From a virus (lineage: Duplodnaviria > Caudoviricetes): a DNA stretch of 63,293 nucleotides. Both the position numbers and the translations under genes were made by a program. Of this stretch, positions 1-9,700 are shown one piece after another (positions within the stretch are counted from its first letter, which is position 1; each line of letters begins with the position of its first letter). The notes below the pieces were generated by a model, which made no database searches, was not told where the DNA came from, and was given only the letters and a program-made list of their open reading frames with translations. The stretch spans positions 1 through 63,293 of the IMG/VR virus record IMGVR_UViG_3300036980_000702, one strand, 5' to 3'.

Positions 1-127
1 GTTTGATTTCCTTTTCCTCAAAGTCAATACCAAGCCTGACGTTATCATCAAACTTGGTAGTGGCCGTAATTGTTTCCAAACTTAGGGAGTCGGGGTTAAA
101 ACTGAAATTGACCGTAGTCTCTCCGGT
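1..127. repeat. Terminal direct repeat (circular assembly overlap), identical to 63167-63293
   Basis: The first 127 bases match the last 127 bases exactly, and an ORF reads through the junction. Confidence 0.97.
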
Positions 128-505
128 TAACTGATGTTCCCCTTCCCCGATAGTTTTTCCAGTTTTGGAATTAATATACGTGTTTTTTTCTGTACCAGAT
201 ACCGGAATGACAACGGATTGACTTATAAGTGGTCTAATTTCCCCAGGAGTGGGTTCGGGAGTTTGCGGGTCACTACTACTTTGGCTATGCCTGATTTGTG
301 GAATCGGAGTAGGTTGCGGCTTGAATGTGACGCTTCCCGATAGGGTTCCAGTTCCGATACTGGACAGTTCAAAATCATGGTTTCCGGGAGTGGGGTTAAC
401 TGTTACTTTTTTTATTTCGGTAATGACTACCGGGCGACGTAAACCGTAACCGACAAAAAAGCCAACCAGAATTCCGAGTAGGACTAAAAAGAGTTTGTTT
501 TTCAT
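1..505 (-). CDS. N-terminal part of a 217-aa membrane-anchored protein spanning the circular junction; possible spanin-like lysis protein
   Basis: ATG at 505 after GGAGG; reads MKNKLFLVLLGILVGFFVGYGLRR (TM), then a Pro/Thr-rich stretch, and continues in frame into 63166-63018. Confidence 0.8.
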   Translation of the reverse strand, partial: MKNKLFLVLLGILVGFFVGYGLRRPVVITEIKKVTVNPTPGNHDFELSSIGTGTLSGSVTFKPQPTPIPQIRHSQSSSDPQTPEPTPGEIRPLISQSVVIPVSGTEKNTYINSKTGKTIGEGEHQLTGETTVNFSFNPDSLSLETITATTKFDDNVRLGIDFEEKEIK

Positions 506-558
506 GGGGCACCTCCAAACTAATTATACCATAAAACCAAACTATTTTAATTAATATA

Positions 559-587
559 TTGACACCGCGGTGTCACCGTGGTATTAT
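559..587 (+). promoter_or_regulatory. Sigma-A promoter with an overlapping 16-bp palindromic operator
   Basis: TTGACA-17-TATTAT with extended TG; TGACACCGCGGTGTCA at 560-575. Confidence 0.85.
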
Positions 588-619
588 AAAATATAAGAAA
601 AAACGGGGAGAAAAAGAAA

Positions 620-946
620 ATGAGAAAACTAATAACACAAGTCACGGTTAATAAAATCAATAAAATGGTTGAAAAAAATATGAAATATAGTAAAGAATTA
701 AAATATTTTCTTAATGAAATGCTTAGTCGGAAAGGTTGTTTCGGAACTACCTTAAAAGAAATGAGAAAATGGAATATACCAATGGAAAACCAAAGTCAAT
801 TTAATGTCTACGACTCAAACGTATTCCGCGGTATGGGAATCACCTTTGAAAAATACATGTCAGCAACATTTTGCTTAGATTTACATCACGTGTCTATAAA
901 GGATTTTAACGGACTTGTTGAAGCGTGTTACTTAAATCAAAAATAA
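620..946 (+). CDS. Hypothetical protein
   Basis: 108-aa ORF with GGGGAG RBS directly after the promoter. Confidence 0.75.
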   Translation: MRKLITQVTVNKINKMVEKNMKYSKELKYFLNEMLSRKGCFGTTLKEMRKWNIPMENQSQFNVYDSNVFRGMGITFEKYMSATFCLDLHHVSIKDFNGLVEACYLNQK

Positions 947-961
947 CTAAAGACAGGTAAC

Positions 962-987
962 AAAGGCCTACCGGGAGCCTCAATCCC
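962..987 (+). ncRNA. Repeated H-type pseudoknot motif, copy A (second stem partly degraded)
   Basis: AGGC-cta-CCGGGA-GCCT-caa-TCCC; matches copies at 38601, 39414 and 42239. Confidence 0.6.
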
Positions 988-1070
988 AAAATATGGAGGA
1001 GGTCCTGTACGAGTGGCGACAAAGATTAACCGGAGCCGATCCGGTTTTACAAATTGAAAGGAGACAATCG

Positions 1071-1220
1071 ATGAAAAAATGTAAAAACTGCGACGGTACT
1101 GGACTAGTACTGCGGAAACCCGGATCTATTTATATGTCCTGGGATAACTCTAGGCAACTTAAGGGAGTGGTTGAGAAAAAAGAAACTTGCCCAAAATGTT
1201 ATGGCAAGGGAATGAGGTGA
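1071..1220 (+). CDS. Small zinc-finger protein (DnaJ-type CxxCxGxG repeats)
   Basis: CKNCDGTG...CPKCYGKG; GAAAGGAG RBS favours the ATG at 1071 over 993. Confidence 0.75.
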   Translation: MKKCKNCDGTGLVLRKPGSIYMSWDNSRQLKGVVEKKETCPKCYGKGMR

Positions 1221-1224
1221 TACC

Positions 1225-1539
1225 ATGGACTTAACCGGGATGAAACCAGGGGAAGAACGATATCACAACATAACTCACCCAGTTACTCAAGAGGTTCTAA
1301 GTTGTGAATACATATATATATCCTTTGACGGGAGAATTTACAGGACAATTCATAAGGATCTTCGCACCTGCCGGACCCAGAAAACACGATGGTTGAAAGG
1401 GCAACTTAGACCGGGGGCGGTAGTTCTGTCAATTAGGCTTGAACCGAAAATTAACAAGAAACTAGAGGAAATGGCCGGAAATTTCGATGTTTCGAAATCG
1501 CAGCTTATAAATAGACTGATCGAAAACTTCTCCAGATAG
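1225..1539 (+). CDS. DUF3873-like domain fused to a C-terminal ribbon-helix-helix (RHH) domain
   Basis: N-terminal PGEERY...FDGRIY...CRTQKTRWL; C-terminal LSIRLEPKINKKLEEMA...SKSQLINRLI is RHH-like. Confidence 0.6.
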   Translation: MDLTGMKPGEERYHNITHPVTQEVLSCEYIYISFDGRIYRTIHKDLRTCRTQKTRWLKGQLRPGAVVLSIRLEPKINKKLEEMAGNFDVSKSQLINRLIENFSR

Positions 1540-1557
1540 CTGGAGAAGTTATGTAAT

Positions 1558-1587
1558 AAAAAAAGACCCGGATCACTCCGGGTCATT
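1558..1587. terminator. Intrinsic terminator-like hairpin
   Basis: GACCCGGA-tcac-TCCGGGTC preceded by an A-tract. Confidence 0.75.
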
Positions 1588-1625
1588 TGCCTAAAATAAT
1601 TGTATGACTAATTTTGAAAACGTTA

Positions 1626-1654
1626 TTTACAAAAAAATAAAAATGTGTTAACAT
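1626..1654 (+). promoter_or_regulatory. Sigma-A promoter of the 1.7-4.3 kb cassette
   Basis: TTTACA-17-TAACAT with extended TG. Confidence 0.65.
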
Positions 1655-1687
1655 AAAAACATAAACTATAAAAAGGAGGAGTAAAAA

Positions 1688-1816
1688 ACGGACCTTAAAT
1701 CAATCGGCATTGATTCAAAATTGGTTAATGACCTCAAGAGCAAAGTTGCGCAAAATGGAGAATCCATTAAGGAGGTAGTCGAAAAACTAATCCGTGATTA
1801 TCTTAAAAAAAATTAG
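1688..1816 (+). CDS. 42-aa RHH protein with an ACG start (absent from the ORF track)
   Basis: AGGAGGAG RBS then ACG-DLKSIGIDSKLVNDLKSKVAQNGESIKEVVEKLIRDYLKKN*. Confidence 0.6.
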   Translation, partial: TDLKSIGIDSKLVNDLKSKVAQNGESIKEVVEKLIRDYLKKN

Positions 1817-1835
1817 GAGAGGAGAAAAATTATTA

Positions 1836-3875
1836 ATGGAATTCAAAGATTTTAAAAAATTACTACAAGACAATTTTAGCTCGATTGCTCAAGAAACCAC
1901 CCATTTATTCGAAGTTGAGTTAGACAAGGACGAACTTTGGAACCTGTACTTAGATAGCTTTCCCACCGGAACCAATGAAATTTATCGGGAAAGACGGGAA
2001 CACGATTGTAGTTGCTGTCGGCATTTTATTAAGGCTATCGGCAATGTGGTCGTTATTAAGGACAACACAATTAAAACTATCTGGGATTTTGAAATTGACG
2101 ATCCTGTTTATGCTCCAGTAGTAAAGGCTTTATCGATGTTTGTTAGGACAAAGGTAGTTGCCGATGTTTGGTTTAGCAGAGAGGCTAATGTCGGAACGGA
2201 TAGCAACTATGAGGAGTCAACAGACAAGAGTATTATTCTTTGGCATCACTTTTCTCTAAAGCTTCCGAAGCAGTTTGTTAATAACAGAAGTGAATCTTTG
2301 GGAGAAATTAAAGGTTCCTTCAGAGACACTAGGAACGTGTTTAAGCGCTCCCTGGATGAGATTACCGAGGAAAGTATACTGACGGTACTTGAATTAATAT
2401 CCCAGAATTCCCTTTATAAAGGTGAGGAGTGGAAGGTCGTATTGCTTGAGTTTCTGAAATTCAAACGGGCTTACATGGCTTTACCGTCTGAGCATGAGAA
2501 AGAGAACTACACTTGGGAGCAGTCAGTCAAACTCGGTGGAGCCATGGGCAGAATCAGGAATCACAGTATCGGTACACTCCTGGTTAATATCAGCGAGGAT
2601 ATGGATTTAGATGAAGCAGTTAAGAAGTATGAAGTAATTGTGGCTCCAGAGAATTACAAACGGCCACAGGCCATCTTTACCAAAAAGATGTTGGAGGAAG
2701 CTAAAAAAACTATTGAAGAACTCGGATACCTGGATTCGCTTGGCCGAAGATATGCAACACTAGATGATATTACCGTAAATAATATCTTATTTTCTAATCG
2801 GGATTCAGCGAAACGAATTACCGGGGTCTTTGAAGAAATGGCTGGAGAAGTCGCGATTGACCCGAAGAAGTTTTCTAGGGTTGAAGAAATTTCAGTTGAT
2901 GATTTTTTGAATAATGTTTTGCCGACTGCGAAAGAACTTGAAATATTCCTAGAGAATCGGCACTCAAACAGTATGGTTTCTCTAATTGCACCGGAAAACG
3001 CTGGTACTCCAAGCATGTTTAAATGGAATAATCCTTTCAGTTGGGCGTATGCCGGGAATATTACCGATAGTTCGATGAAAGGGAATGTCAAGATGGCTGG
3101 CGGGAATGTCGAAGGAGTTCTTCGATTCTCGATTCAGTGGAATGACAGTGAATTCAATCCTAACGATTTCGATGCTCACTGCGTTGAGCCCAATTGGTAT
3201 GAGATTTATTACCCCAATAAGATGTCCTTAAGTCCAACAGGTGGAATGCTCGATGTTGATATTATCCGTCCAGTGAAAAGTGTTCCTGCTGTTGAAAATA
3301 TCACTTGGGCCAATACCAAGAAGATGGCAAAAGGTGTCTACCAATTCTTTGTCGAATGTTATTCGAATAATGGTGGACGGTCTGGGTTTAAAGCCGAAAT
3401 CGAATTTGGCGGCCAAATCTATGCCCTTGAATATAACAAGGAATTAAGACAAAAAGAACATGTTCAAGTGGCAGAGGTTACTTTTGACGGTACTAGCTTT
3501 AGTATTGTAGAGAAATTACCGTCTAGCATATCTTCACGAAAAGTGTGGGGATTACAAACCAACCAGTTTGTACCAGTTTCCGTGATGATGTACTCCCCGA
3601 ATTACTGGGACGAACAATGGGATATCGGTCATCGGCACTACTTCTTTATGCTGAAAGGTTGTGTTAATCCGGAAACCCCGAACGGCTTTTATAATGAATT
3701 CTTGAAAGAAGATCTATTGCAACATAAACGAGTCTTTGAGGCACTTGGTAGTAAGATGAGAGTTAAAGATGTCGAGGATCAGTTATCCGGTGTCGGATTC
3801 TCCTCGACCAAGCGAAACGAAGTCTTGGTAAAAGCAAAAGGTCAAACTGAACGAGTAGTCAAAATTAAATTTTAA
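1836..3875 (+). CDS. Large conserved phage protein with a Cys motif and a YfaP/DUF2135-like domain
   Basis: HDCSCCRHFI motif; LRFSIQWND...DFDAHCVEP...GGMLDVD...VENITW; AGGAGAGGAG RBS before the ATG at 1836. Confidence 0.7.
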   Translation: MEFKDFKKLLQDNFSSIAQETTHLFEVELDKDELWNLYLDSFPTGTNEIYRERREHDCSCCRHFIKAIGNVVVIKDNTIKTIWDFEIDDPVYAPVVKALSMFVRTKVVADVWFSREANVGTDSNYEESTDKSIILWHHFSLKLPKQFVNNRSESLGEIKGSFRDTRNVFKRSLDEITEESILTVLELISQNSLYKGEEWKVVLLEFLKFKRAYMALPSEHEKENYTWEQSVKLGGAMGRIRNHSIGTLLVNISEDMDLDEAVKKYEVIVAPENYKRPQAIFTKKMLEEAKKTIEELGYLDSLGRRYATLDDITVNNILFSNRDSAKRITGVFEEMAGEVAIDPKKFSRVEEISVDDFLNNVLPTAKELEIFLENRHSNSMVSLIAPENAGTPSMFKWNNPFSWAYAGNITDSSMKGNVKMAGGNVEGVLRFSIQWNDSEFNPNDFDAHCVEPNWYEIYYPNKMSLSPTGGMLDVDIIRPVKSVPAVENITWANTKKMAKGVYQFFVECYSNNGGRSGFKAEIEFGGQIYALEYNKELRQKEHVQVAEVTFDGTSFSIVEKLPSSISSRKVWGLQTNQFVPVSVMMYSPNYWDEQWDIGHRHYFFMLKGCVNPETPNGFYNEFLKEDLLQHKRVFEALGSKMRVKDVEDQLSGVGFSSTKRNEVLVKAKGQTERVVKIKF

Positions 3876-3890
3876 AGGATGGTGTTACAA

Positions 3891-4265
3891 ATGTTTGAAG
3901 TAGCGGCTAGGAATAAATATCGGTTTCCGTTTAAAGGTCTTATCAATGTTGAGGATTTATGGCAACTGGACGTAAATGATTTAGACATCGTTTTTAAGGC
4001 TTTAAACTCCGAGTTAAAGCAGGTTAAAGAGGAAAGCTTGCTTGAAGTAAAGTCAGAACAGGACAAAGAGCTGGATCTCAAGATTGAAATCGTGAAACAC
4101 ATCGTCAAGGTTAAACTTGATGAGGCCGCCTTACGGTCTAAGCTCAAAGAGAAGAAGGTTCAGGAGCAGAAAATATTAGCGATTATTTCGGGCAAGCAGG
4201 ATGAAAGCTTACAAGGCAAATCGTTGGAAGAATTACAAGCTATGCTGAGTGAATTAGGTAATTAA
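3891..4265 (+). CDS. Coiled-coil partner protein of the upstream gene
   Basis: MFEVAARNKYRFPFKGLINVEDLWQL start, charged helical C-terminus, co-transcribed. Confidence 0.7.
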   Translation: MFEVAARNKYRFPFKGLINVEDLWQLDVNDLDIVFKALNSELKQVKEESLLEVKSEQDKELDLKIEIVKHIVKVKLDEAALRSKLKEKKVQEQKILAIISGKQDESLQGKSLEELQAMLSELGN

Positions 4266-4278
4266 ATACAATTTCACC

Positions 4279-4311
4279 AAGTGACCCGGAGAGATCCGGG
4301 TCACTTCTTTA
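4279..4311. terminator. Terminator between convergent genes
   Basis: AAGTGACCCGGA-gaga-TCCGGGTCACTT followed by T-rich bases. Confidence 0.8.
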
Positions 4312-4488
4312 AGTACCACTTGCCGCCTGAGCGATAAAAACGGCGGTCGCCGCCCCGAGAAACATCCCGATTGCGGTAGTGTCTTTGCCGGCGAAAAAAC
4401 CGATAATCGCAACCAAAAGACAAACTAATCCATATAGACGTTTGGATGATTCAAGGGAACCGGCCATGAGAAAACCTTTTAGGTTCAT
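4309..4488 (-). CDS. Holin-like protein, 59 aa with two TM segments (absent from the ORF track)
   Basis: MNLKGFLMAGSLESSKRLYGLVCLLVAIIGFFAGKDTTAIGMFLGAATAVFIAQAASGT*; GAGGT RBS; lies after the endolysin. Confidence 0.7.
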   Translation of the reverse strand: MNLKGFLMAGSLESSKRLYGLVCLLVAIIGFFAGKDTTAIGMFLGAATAVFIAQAASGT

Positions 4489-4550
4489 GTTATACCTCTT
4501 TCAACACAAAATTCCAGTTTACTATCATTTTGTTGCTGTCAACAAAATGG

Positions 4551-5099
4551 TCAATAATCCAAAATAGCCCTCACAATAGCGTCCTTGTAACCTTCCCGGT
4601 ACTTTTTGAAATTTTCCACATCCGCCGCATTGTCGTGGAAAAACAACTCAATCAAACAGGCCGGGGCGTTGGTCCGGTCTAACTCTGCAAGATGACCGCC
4701 GTCCACCGTGGTCTCTTTGGTATCGGGATCTTCTTTGCCTCCCCTAATCAAAAGACCGTTGGCCTGGTGTAGATACTTTACCAATAGATCGGCCATCCGG
4801 TCGCCGCCGATGCTATCTTTGTGTATCCAGGCTTCCATTCCCCGGGCCTTACCCGATTCCTTCCCGCCCATCGCGTTAGAATGTAAGGCCAAGTGGAAGT
4901 CAGGTTTTGTTTTGTTCGAATCGACGATAACTTCGGTCAAAGTCATATCCGGTCGATTAATATAAATTGCAATTTGTCCTAATCTCGGATCTTTAATGAT
5001 ATCCTTAACCAATTCCTGCATCCTTGATTCTTCGGATACTCCGTCAACCCCGATGTTATTTTCTTGTGTCGATGCCGATAAATAAAGCTTTTTAATCAT
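4551..5099 (-). CDS. Endolysin, N-acetylmuramoyl-L-alanine amidase (Amidase_3)
   Basis: LYLSASTQ...E, ALHSNA, GMEAW and LIELFFHDN motifs; no cell-wall-binding domain. Confidence 0.9.
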   Translation of the reverse strand: MIKKLYLSASTQENNIGVDGVSEESRMQELVKDIIKDPRLGQIAIYINRPDMTLTEVIVDSNKTKPDFHLALHSNAMGGKESGKARGMEAWIHKDSIGGDRMADLLVKYLHQANGLLIRGGKEDPDTKETTVDGGHLAELDRTNAPACLIELFFHDNAADVENFKKYREGYKDAIVRAILDY

Positions 5100-5111
5100 G
5101 GATCCTCCTTA

Positions 5112-5140
5112 TTGCAATTTTTAAAGCAATGGGGTATAAT
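5112..5140 (+). promoter_or_regulatory. Sigma-A promoter antisense to the late operon
   Basis: TTGCAA-17-TATAAT; hairpin ATGCAGTC...GACTGCAT-TTTT about 110 bp downstream. Confidence 0.6.
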
Positions 5141-5547
5141 TATCTTAATTGAATAAAAGCCCCAAGCGAAGCAACTAACTTCGATTGAGGCGCTTCCCAC
5201 TAACCGACTACACCGGTCAATGAGTTTCTTGGCTTATTATAACACATGCAGTCACCTTTTGGGAAGACTGCATTTTTGATTTATCTGTAATCATAAGCAC
5301 ACGTGGGAAAAGACACGCCTGTCGATTGGGGATATAAGCCGGGAACGGGAACTTTATAGTGTTGGATGCTCCAATGCTGGGAAGACTTTTCTTTGCGGGT
5401 TTCTTTTCTTTCTTTTCTCTCTAAGTTCAACCGTTCTTCTCGGCTATTTCTTTCTTTTCAAACTGGTATTAAAGGTCTTAGACGTAACAAAACAACTTAA
5501 ATAGGTTTAATAGACCCAATATTGACAGCAGATCGCAACCCTAAAAA

Positions 5548-5763
5548 TTACCCCTTCATCAACAACGTTATCAAAAAAATGATGATAGTAACCATCGTTC
5601 CAAAAGACCACCTACTGCCCCATTTCAGACTACCTTTTATTTCCTTAATACTATTTTCTAAAAAATTATAACGTTGATCCTGAACCGCTGACGCTGTTTT
5701 CAAATCACTCACTTCCTTTTTTACTTCGTTAAATTCTTCGATTGATACCGTCAAAAAAATCAC
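5548..5763 (-). CDS. XhlA-like lysis membrane protein
   Basis: Coiled coil plus a single C-terminal TM segment, upstream of the amidase. Confidence 0.65.
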   Translation of the reverse strand: MIFLTVSIEEFNEVKKEVSDLKTASAVQDQRYNFLENSIKEIKGSLKWGSRWSFGTMVTIIIFLITLLMKG

Positions 5764-5874
5764 TCCCCTTAAAACGAATCCGTGGAAAAAGTATAATTAA
5801 TTACTGGATGGGTATAATATAAATACATTAAAGCCCTCTTAGCCGATCCACCTCTCGGATCGGTTCTTTTTTGT

Positions 5875-6732
5875 TTAATACCTTATAATATATTTAACCG
5901 CAACCCAGGGCTGAAGGTTATTGTGAGCCGTTCCAAGGCCAGATGAACTTGTAACTGGAGCGCTATATGCACCTGTATCACTTCCTCCGCAAGGCGGACG
6001 TGTTCCACTAGGAGTAGTTGGAGTAGAACCTCTTGGCGGGTACACATGACTATGCGTACCATTCTCGCCGGCTGTTAAAGCGTGGGTTTCTGCGCCGCCG
6101 TTGGCACCAAGGATATCTGCGTTAGGGTCGGTTACGTTATTCGCCGGAGTGCCACCTTCTCCGTAATCGTCCATGCTCAAAAAGACTCTTCCTCTTCCTT
6201 GTGGAGCTAGTAGTATTTTCTTATGCAATGCCCAGTCGGCTTCTGCGCTTGTTAGTCTAGTGCTAAGAACTCCTGCATCCGTATAAATCGGTGCAGTAGT
6301 ATTACTGTAGTCAATCCAGAGTTTCTGGAATAGGTTAAAGCAATCAGCATTGGCCCGGGCTGTTGCATTGCTCGAGGCATCACCAATTGATCTGCCATCT
6401 AACCAGAGCCATGACCCGTAAGCGGGAAGATTTTGCCATGGATGGGTCATAATATGACCAACTTCATAAATCATATTATATATAGCCATTGGTAAATTAG
6501 CATAAATAGCCCCATCGTCTTTTAATTGTATGCTTCCATTTACATTTTGTTCAAGACCATTCCCGACAACATCGGCATTAATTTTTATCTTAGTTACCGA
6601 ATCGTCATTAAGAATTTCCGTAGTCACTGACTTATCGGTTAAATTGTCAGTCCCTACTTTTTTGTTAAACATATCTTGCAGTCTTACCATTACTTCCCTA
6701 ACCGTCGATGCTGCATCATTAAATTTACTCAT
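5875..6732 (-). CDS. Tail fibre protein with a tail-collar domain
   Basis: WLWLDGRSIG...GRGRV...GGAETHALT..E...HSH...AHNNLQPWVAVKYIIRY. Confidence 0.85.
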   Translation of the reverse strand: MSKFNDAASTVREVMVRLQDMFNKKVGTDNLTDKSVTTEILNDDSVTKIKINADVVGNGLEQNVNGSIQLKDDGAIYANLPMAIYNMIYEVGHIMTHPWQNLPAYGSWLWLDGRSIGDASSNATARANADCFNLFQKLWIDYSNTTAPIYTDAGVLSTRLTSAEADWALHKKILLAPQGRGRVFLSMDDYGEGGTPANNVTDPNADILGANGGAETHALTAGENGTHSHVYPPRGSTPTTPSGTRPPCGGSDTGAYSAPVTSSSGLGTAHNNLQPWVAVKYIIRY

Positions 6733-6780
6733 AAATAAACCACCTTTCAAAAATTAAAGGGAGGTTTTTGGCCTCCCTTT

Positions 6781-9700
6781 TTACCATTTGTAAGTTGAAC
6801 CCCAGGACGATGATGATGGGGATTTTTTGGGCTTTGAAATAACCACTCCCATTTTTTGAAGTTCAAAAGTTAATTGTTGATATTTTTGAAAAGAAAGTGA
6901 TTGTTTAAGACCATCTAAGATCTCCAACCTTCTTTCAAGGCTTGGGGCTTTTAAAACCATACTCAAATTGCTATCTGAAATTGCTTTGGCCGCATAACGA
7001 TGATATCGATTTTTAAACTCATTTAATGTTTCATCTTTCCCTATGGTTTTATTCAACTTAAGTTGTGCATAAAGAGTTTTAATATTGTTCATGTCAGGAA
7101 TAGACTTGATTTTTTTAACTGAATCCACAATTATGTTTTCGACTTTAAGAGATTGTTGCGCTTTTTGTTTTGCTTCCTCATCTTGTTGCGCATATATTTT
7201 TTCCTGTTCTCCTTTGTCGGAATATCTCAGGAAGGAACCAAAAATATTTAATCCAGGCATTTTTAAAGCCTTTTCAATTTCGGTAGCGTTACGGTCCGAA
7301 TAGTCTCCAGGGTTATAAATTACGCTACCTCCGAGACTTTGCCATGAATTTTTTCCTAACGCTATTGTAGACGGACCAATTCCTGCTATGAATTGTTTTT
7401 GCGGTATTATTGGATTACCCCGGAATTCATCAATTGGGTTTTTACCTTTAATGTAATAAGTGTAAAGATTCCCCGCAACTTGAAGAACCGGGTTTAGACT
7501 ATAAGGATTATTTTGAGAAACAATATCCAGCGCCCCTTTATCTCCGGTAAATTTTCCGTGAGATAATGCCCAGGTGATTGCGCTCCAAGTTTGGCCCTCG
7601 TAGTCTTGCGGAATTCTCAAATACATTGCCTTACCGTTTTCAGCAATAGCAAGAGGAATGATATTATAGTTCTGTTTGTCGTATTCCGGGATTTTATCGA
7701 TAAGATCTTTTAACTCTTTGCTTCCGGCCACCGCTGCACCAACTAAAATCATTTTCGGAATAACATTGATCATCATGGTTTTCCAAATATAGCGAGAAGG
7801 ATTATCATTGAATGATTCGGCCATCGACCGGATTCCTTCTTTTCCAATATTGGAAAACATAAAAACATTATTGGTTATTTGATGTAATGCCCCCTGCCTT
7901 CTTGCGTCAGGAGTTCCGATTCTGGTCCTGACGATGTGCCCGATCTCTTGTTGTGAAAGATTGGTTTCGTTTTTTAGATATTTAAATCCGGTAACTTTTC
8001 CGGTCATTTCCGACACACGACCAACATCATTTAAAAATCCCCATGCTTGCTTTAGCTTGCCCTTCGCTCCTTTGTATTGTTCGGCCTGATTTGGGTTAAC
8101 TTGCCATTCGGTGGATAACCGTTCAATTTCATTGTCAAAACTAACATCCTTCCCAGAGTAAATTCTATCCGGGTTAAGCATGTAATTTTTTTTCATGGTC
8201 ATTATGTCTGCGCTAGTGTAATCTCCAAAAACATATTGGTAAACTTCTCGAACGGCTTTGTTATAGTACCCCAAAAGCTTAGGAACATCTCTTAATTGAA
8301 CCTGAGAAACGTTTTTTGTAGTGGAAGTAAAATCTTTTATTAAATTCCTTGCCATCCAGATCGGATTCCTTGATACTAAAATTTGTTTAATTGGACTTGT
8401 TAGGTTAGACAACAACTCAGCAAGTTTTGTGGCCTCTACCGGGTTTCTTTCGAATGTGGCGGCAATTTCTTTGTCGATATAGTATGACTTTGGTTTGCCG
8501 TCAACCAGAACAGTGAATACGGTTTGATTCGGATCTTTAGGATCTTTGGGACTCATTCCTTGTCCGTTAAATCCTAACTCCGCATCAGTTGCATAATTAC
8601 CTTCTTTAAGAGAGTCAATAACTGCACGTTTGGCAGTATTCAGTTTCGCGGCTCTCATCATCGAAATATCTTGCAATACGGTAGCAATAAAAGGATTTTC
8701 GATGTCTGACAAAGTACCTACCTGGTGGTAAATCTTCGCCGACATTCCACCCCCGATTTTATCTTCCAAATAGTGGGCCACGCTAAATTTAGCATAGTCT
8801 TTGTTTTCCCGCATGGTTTTAATTAACTCCGGTGAATACATCCCGGATTCTTCGGCGCGGTCAATTAATTGTTCGTGAATCGTCCGGTAATCCTTAATAA
8901 TACTTTCGAGCTTTCCAAATTTTTCTTGGCCTAACTTTGCGCTCAAATCTTTAAGCATCTGTTTTGCCGCCGCTTCGTCAAGTCCACGAGGATTGGCGAT
9001 AGTAGATCTTTCGGTTGAAGCCCGCTTCGCCAACATATATACTCCGATATCTTCAACATTCAGATCCGCATCGTTCATCGGAGATAATACCGACTTACTA
9101 ACATCGTCCATATATGCCCCGACTTCGGCGGCAATATACTTAGTTTCTTCGATGTTCCATTTGGCTTTTTGACCCAATTCCTTACTTTTACCGCCTTGCT
9201 TAATCCCCTTGTTAAGAAGTTCCAAAATAGGGTAATCTCTATCAATAAGGTATTTGGAAATAGTATCCGATATTGTCAAAGGTTCCTTCTGAGCCCGTTT
9301 TCTTGCTTCTTCACGCAACGGATTGGTTTCCTTAAGCATTTGACGAGCACCTTCGAGTCGATGTTGCCCAACAGCATCAGGATTAGTCAGCCGGTTTTGA
9401 ATATCTTCATAGGCGGCTTTAAACTCTGGCTTTTTATCAAGATGTTTGAAAAAAGCATTATGAAAAGTTGGAGCCTCTTTTTCCAACATCTTCGGATCAT
9501 TCAGTAACACTGATACCGCATCGGCATATAGTTCTTTTGACGAATTCCGGTATAAGGTGTATTTAGGATCTTTCTTCGGGTCAAACGGCTTCCATTTCAT
9601 TGAAAGATCTTTTAGTTCCTTGATAACATTGTTTTTAACTACCGGTGGTTCTTCATCCAAAGATGATTTCATGTACTTCTTCAGTGCAGCGATCCGTCCT

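Noticed and set aside
1-127. Terminal repeat as a biological DTR or att site
   Set aside because: It is exactly 127 bp (a common assembler k-mer length) and lies mid-gene, so it is best explained as circular overlap
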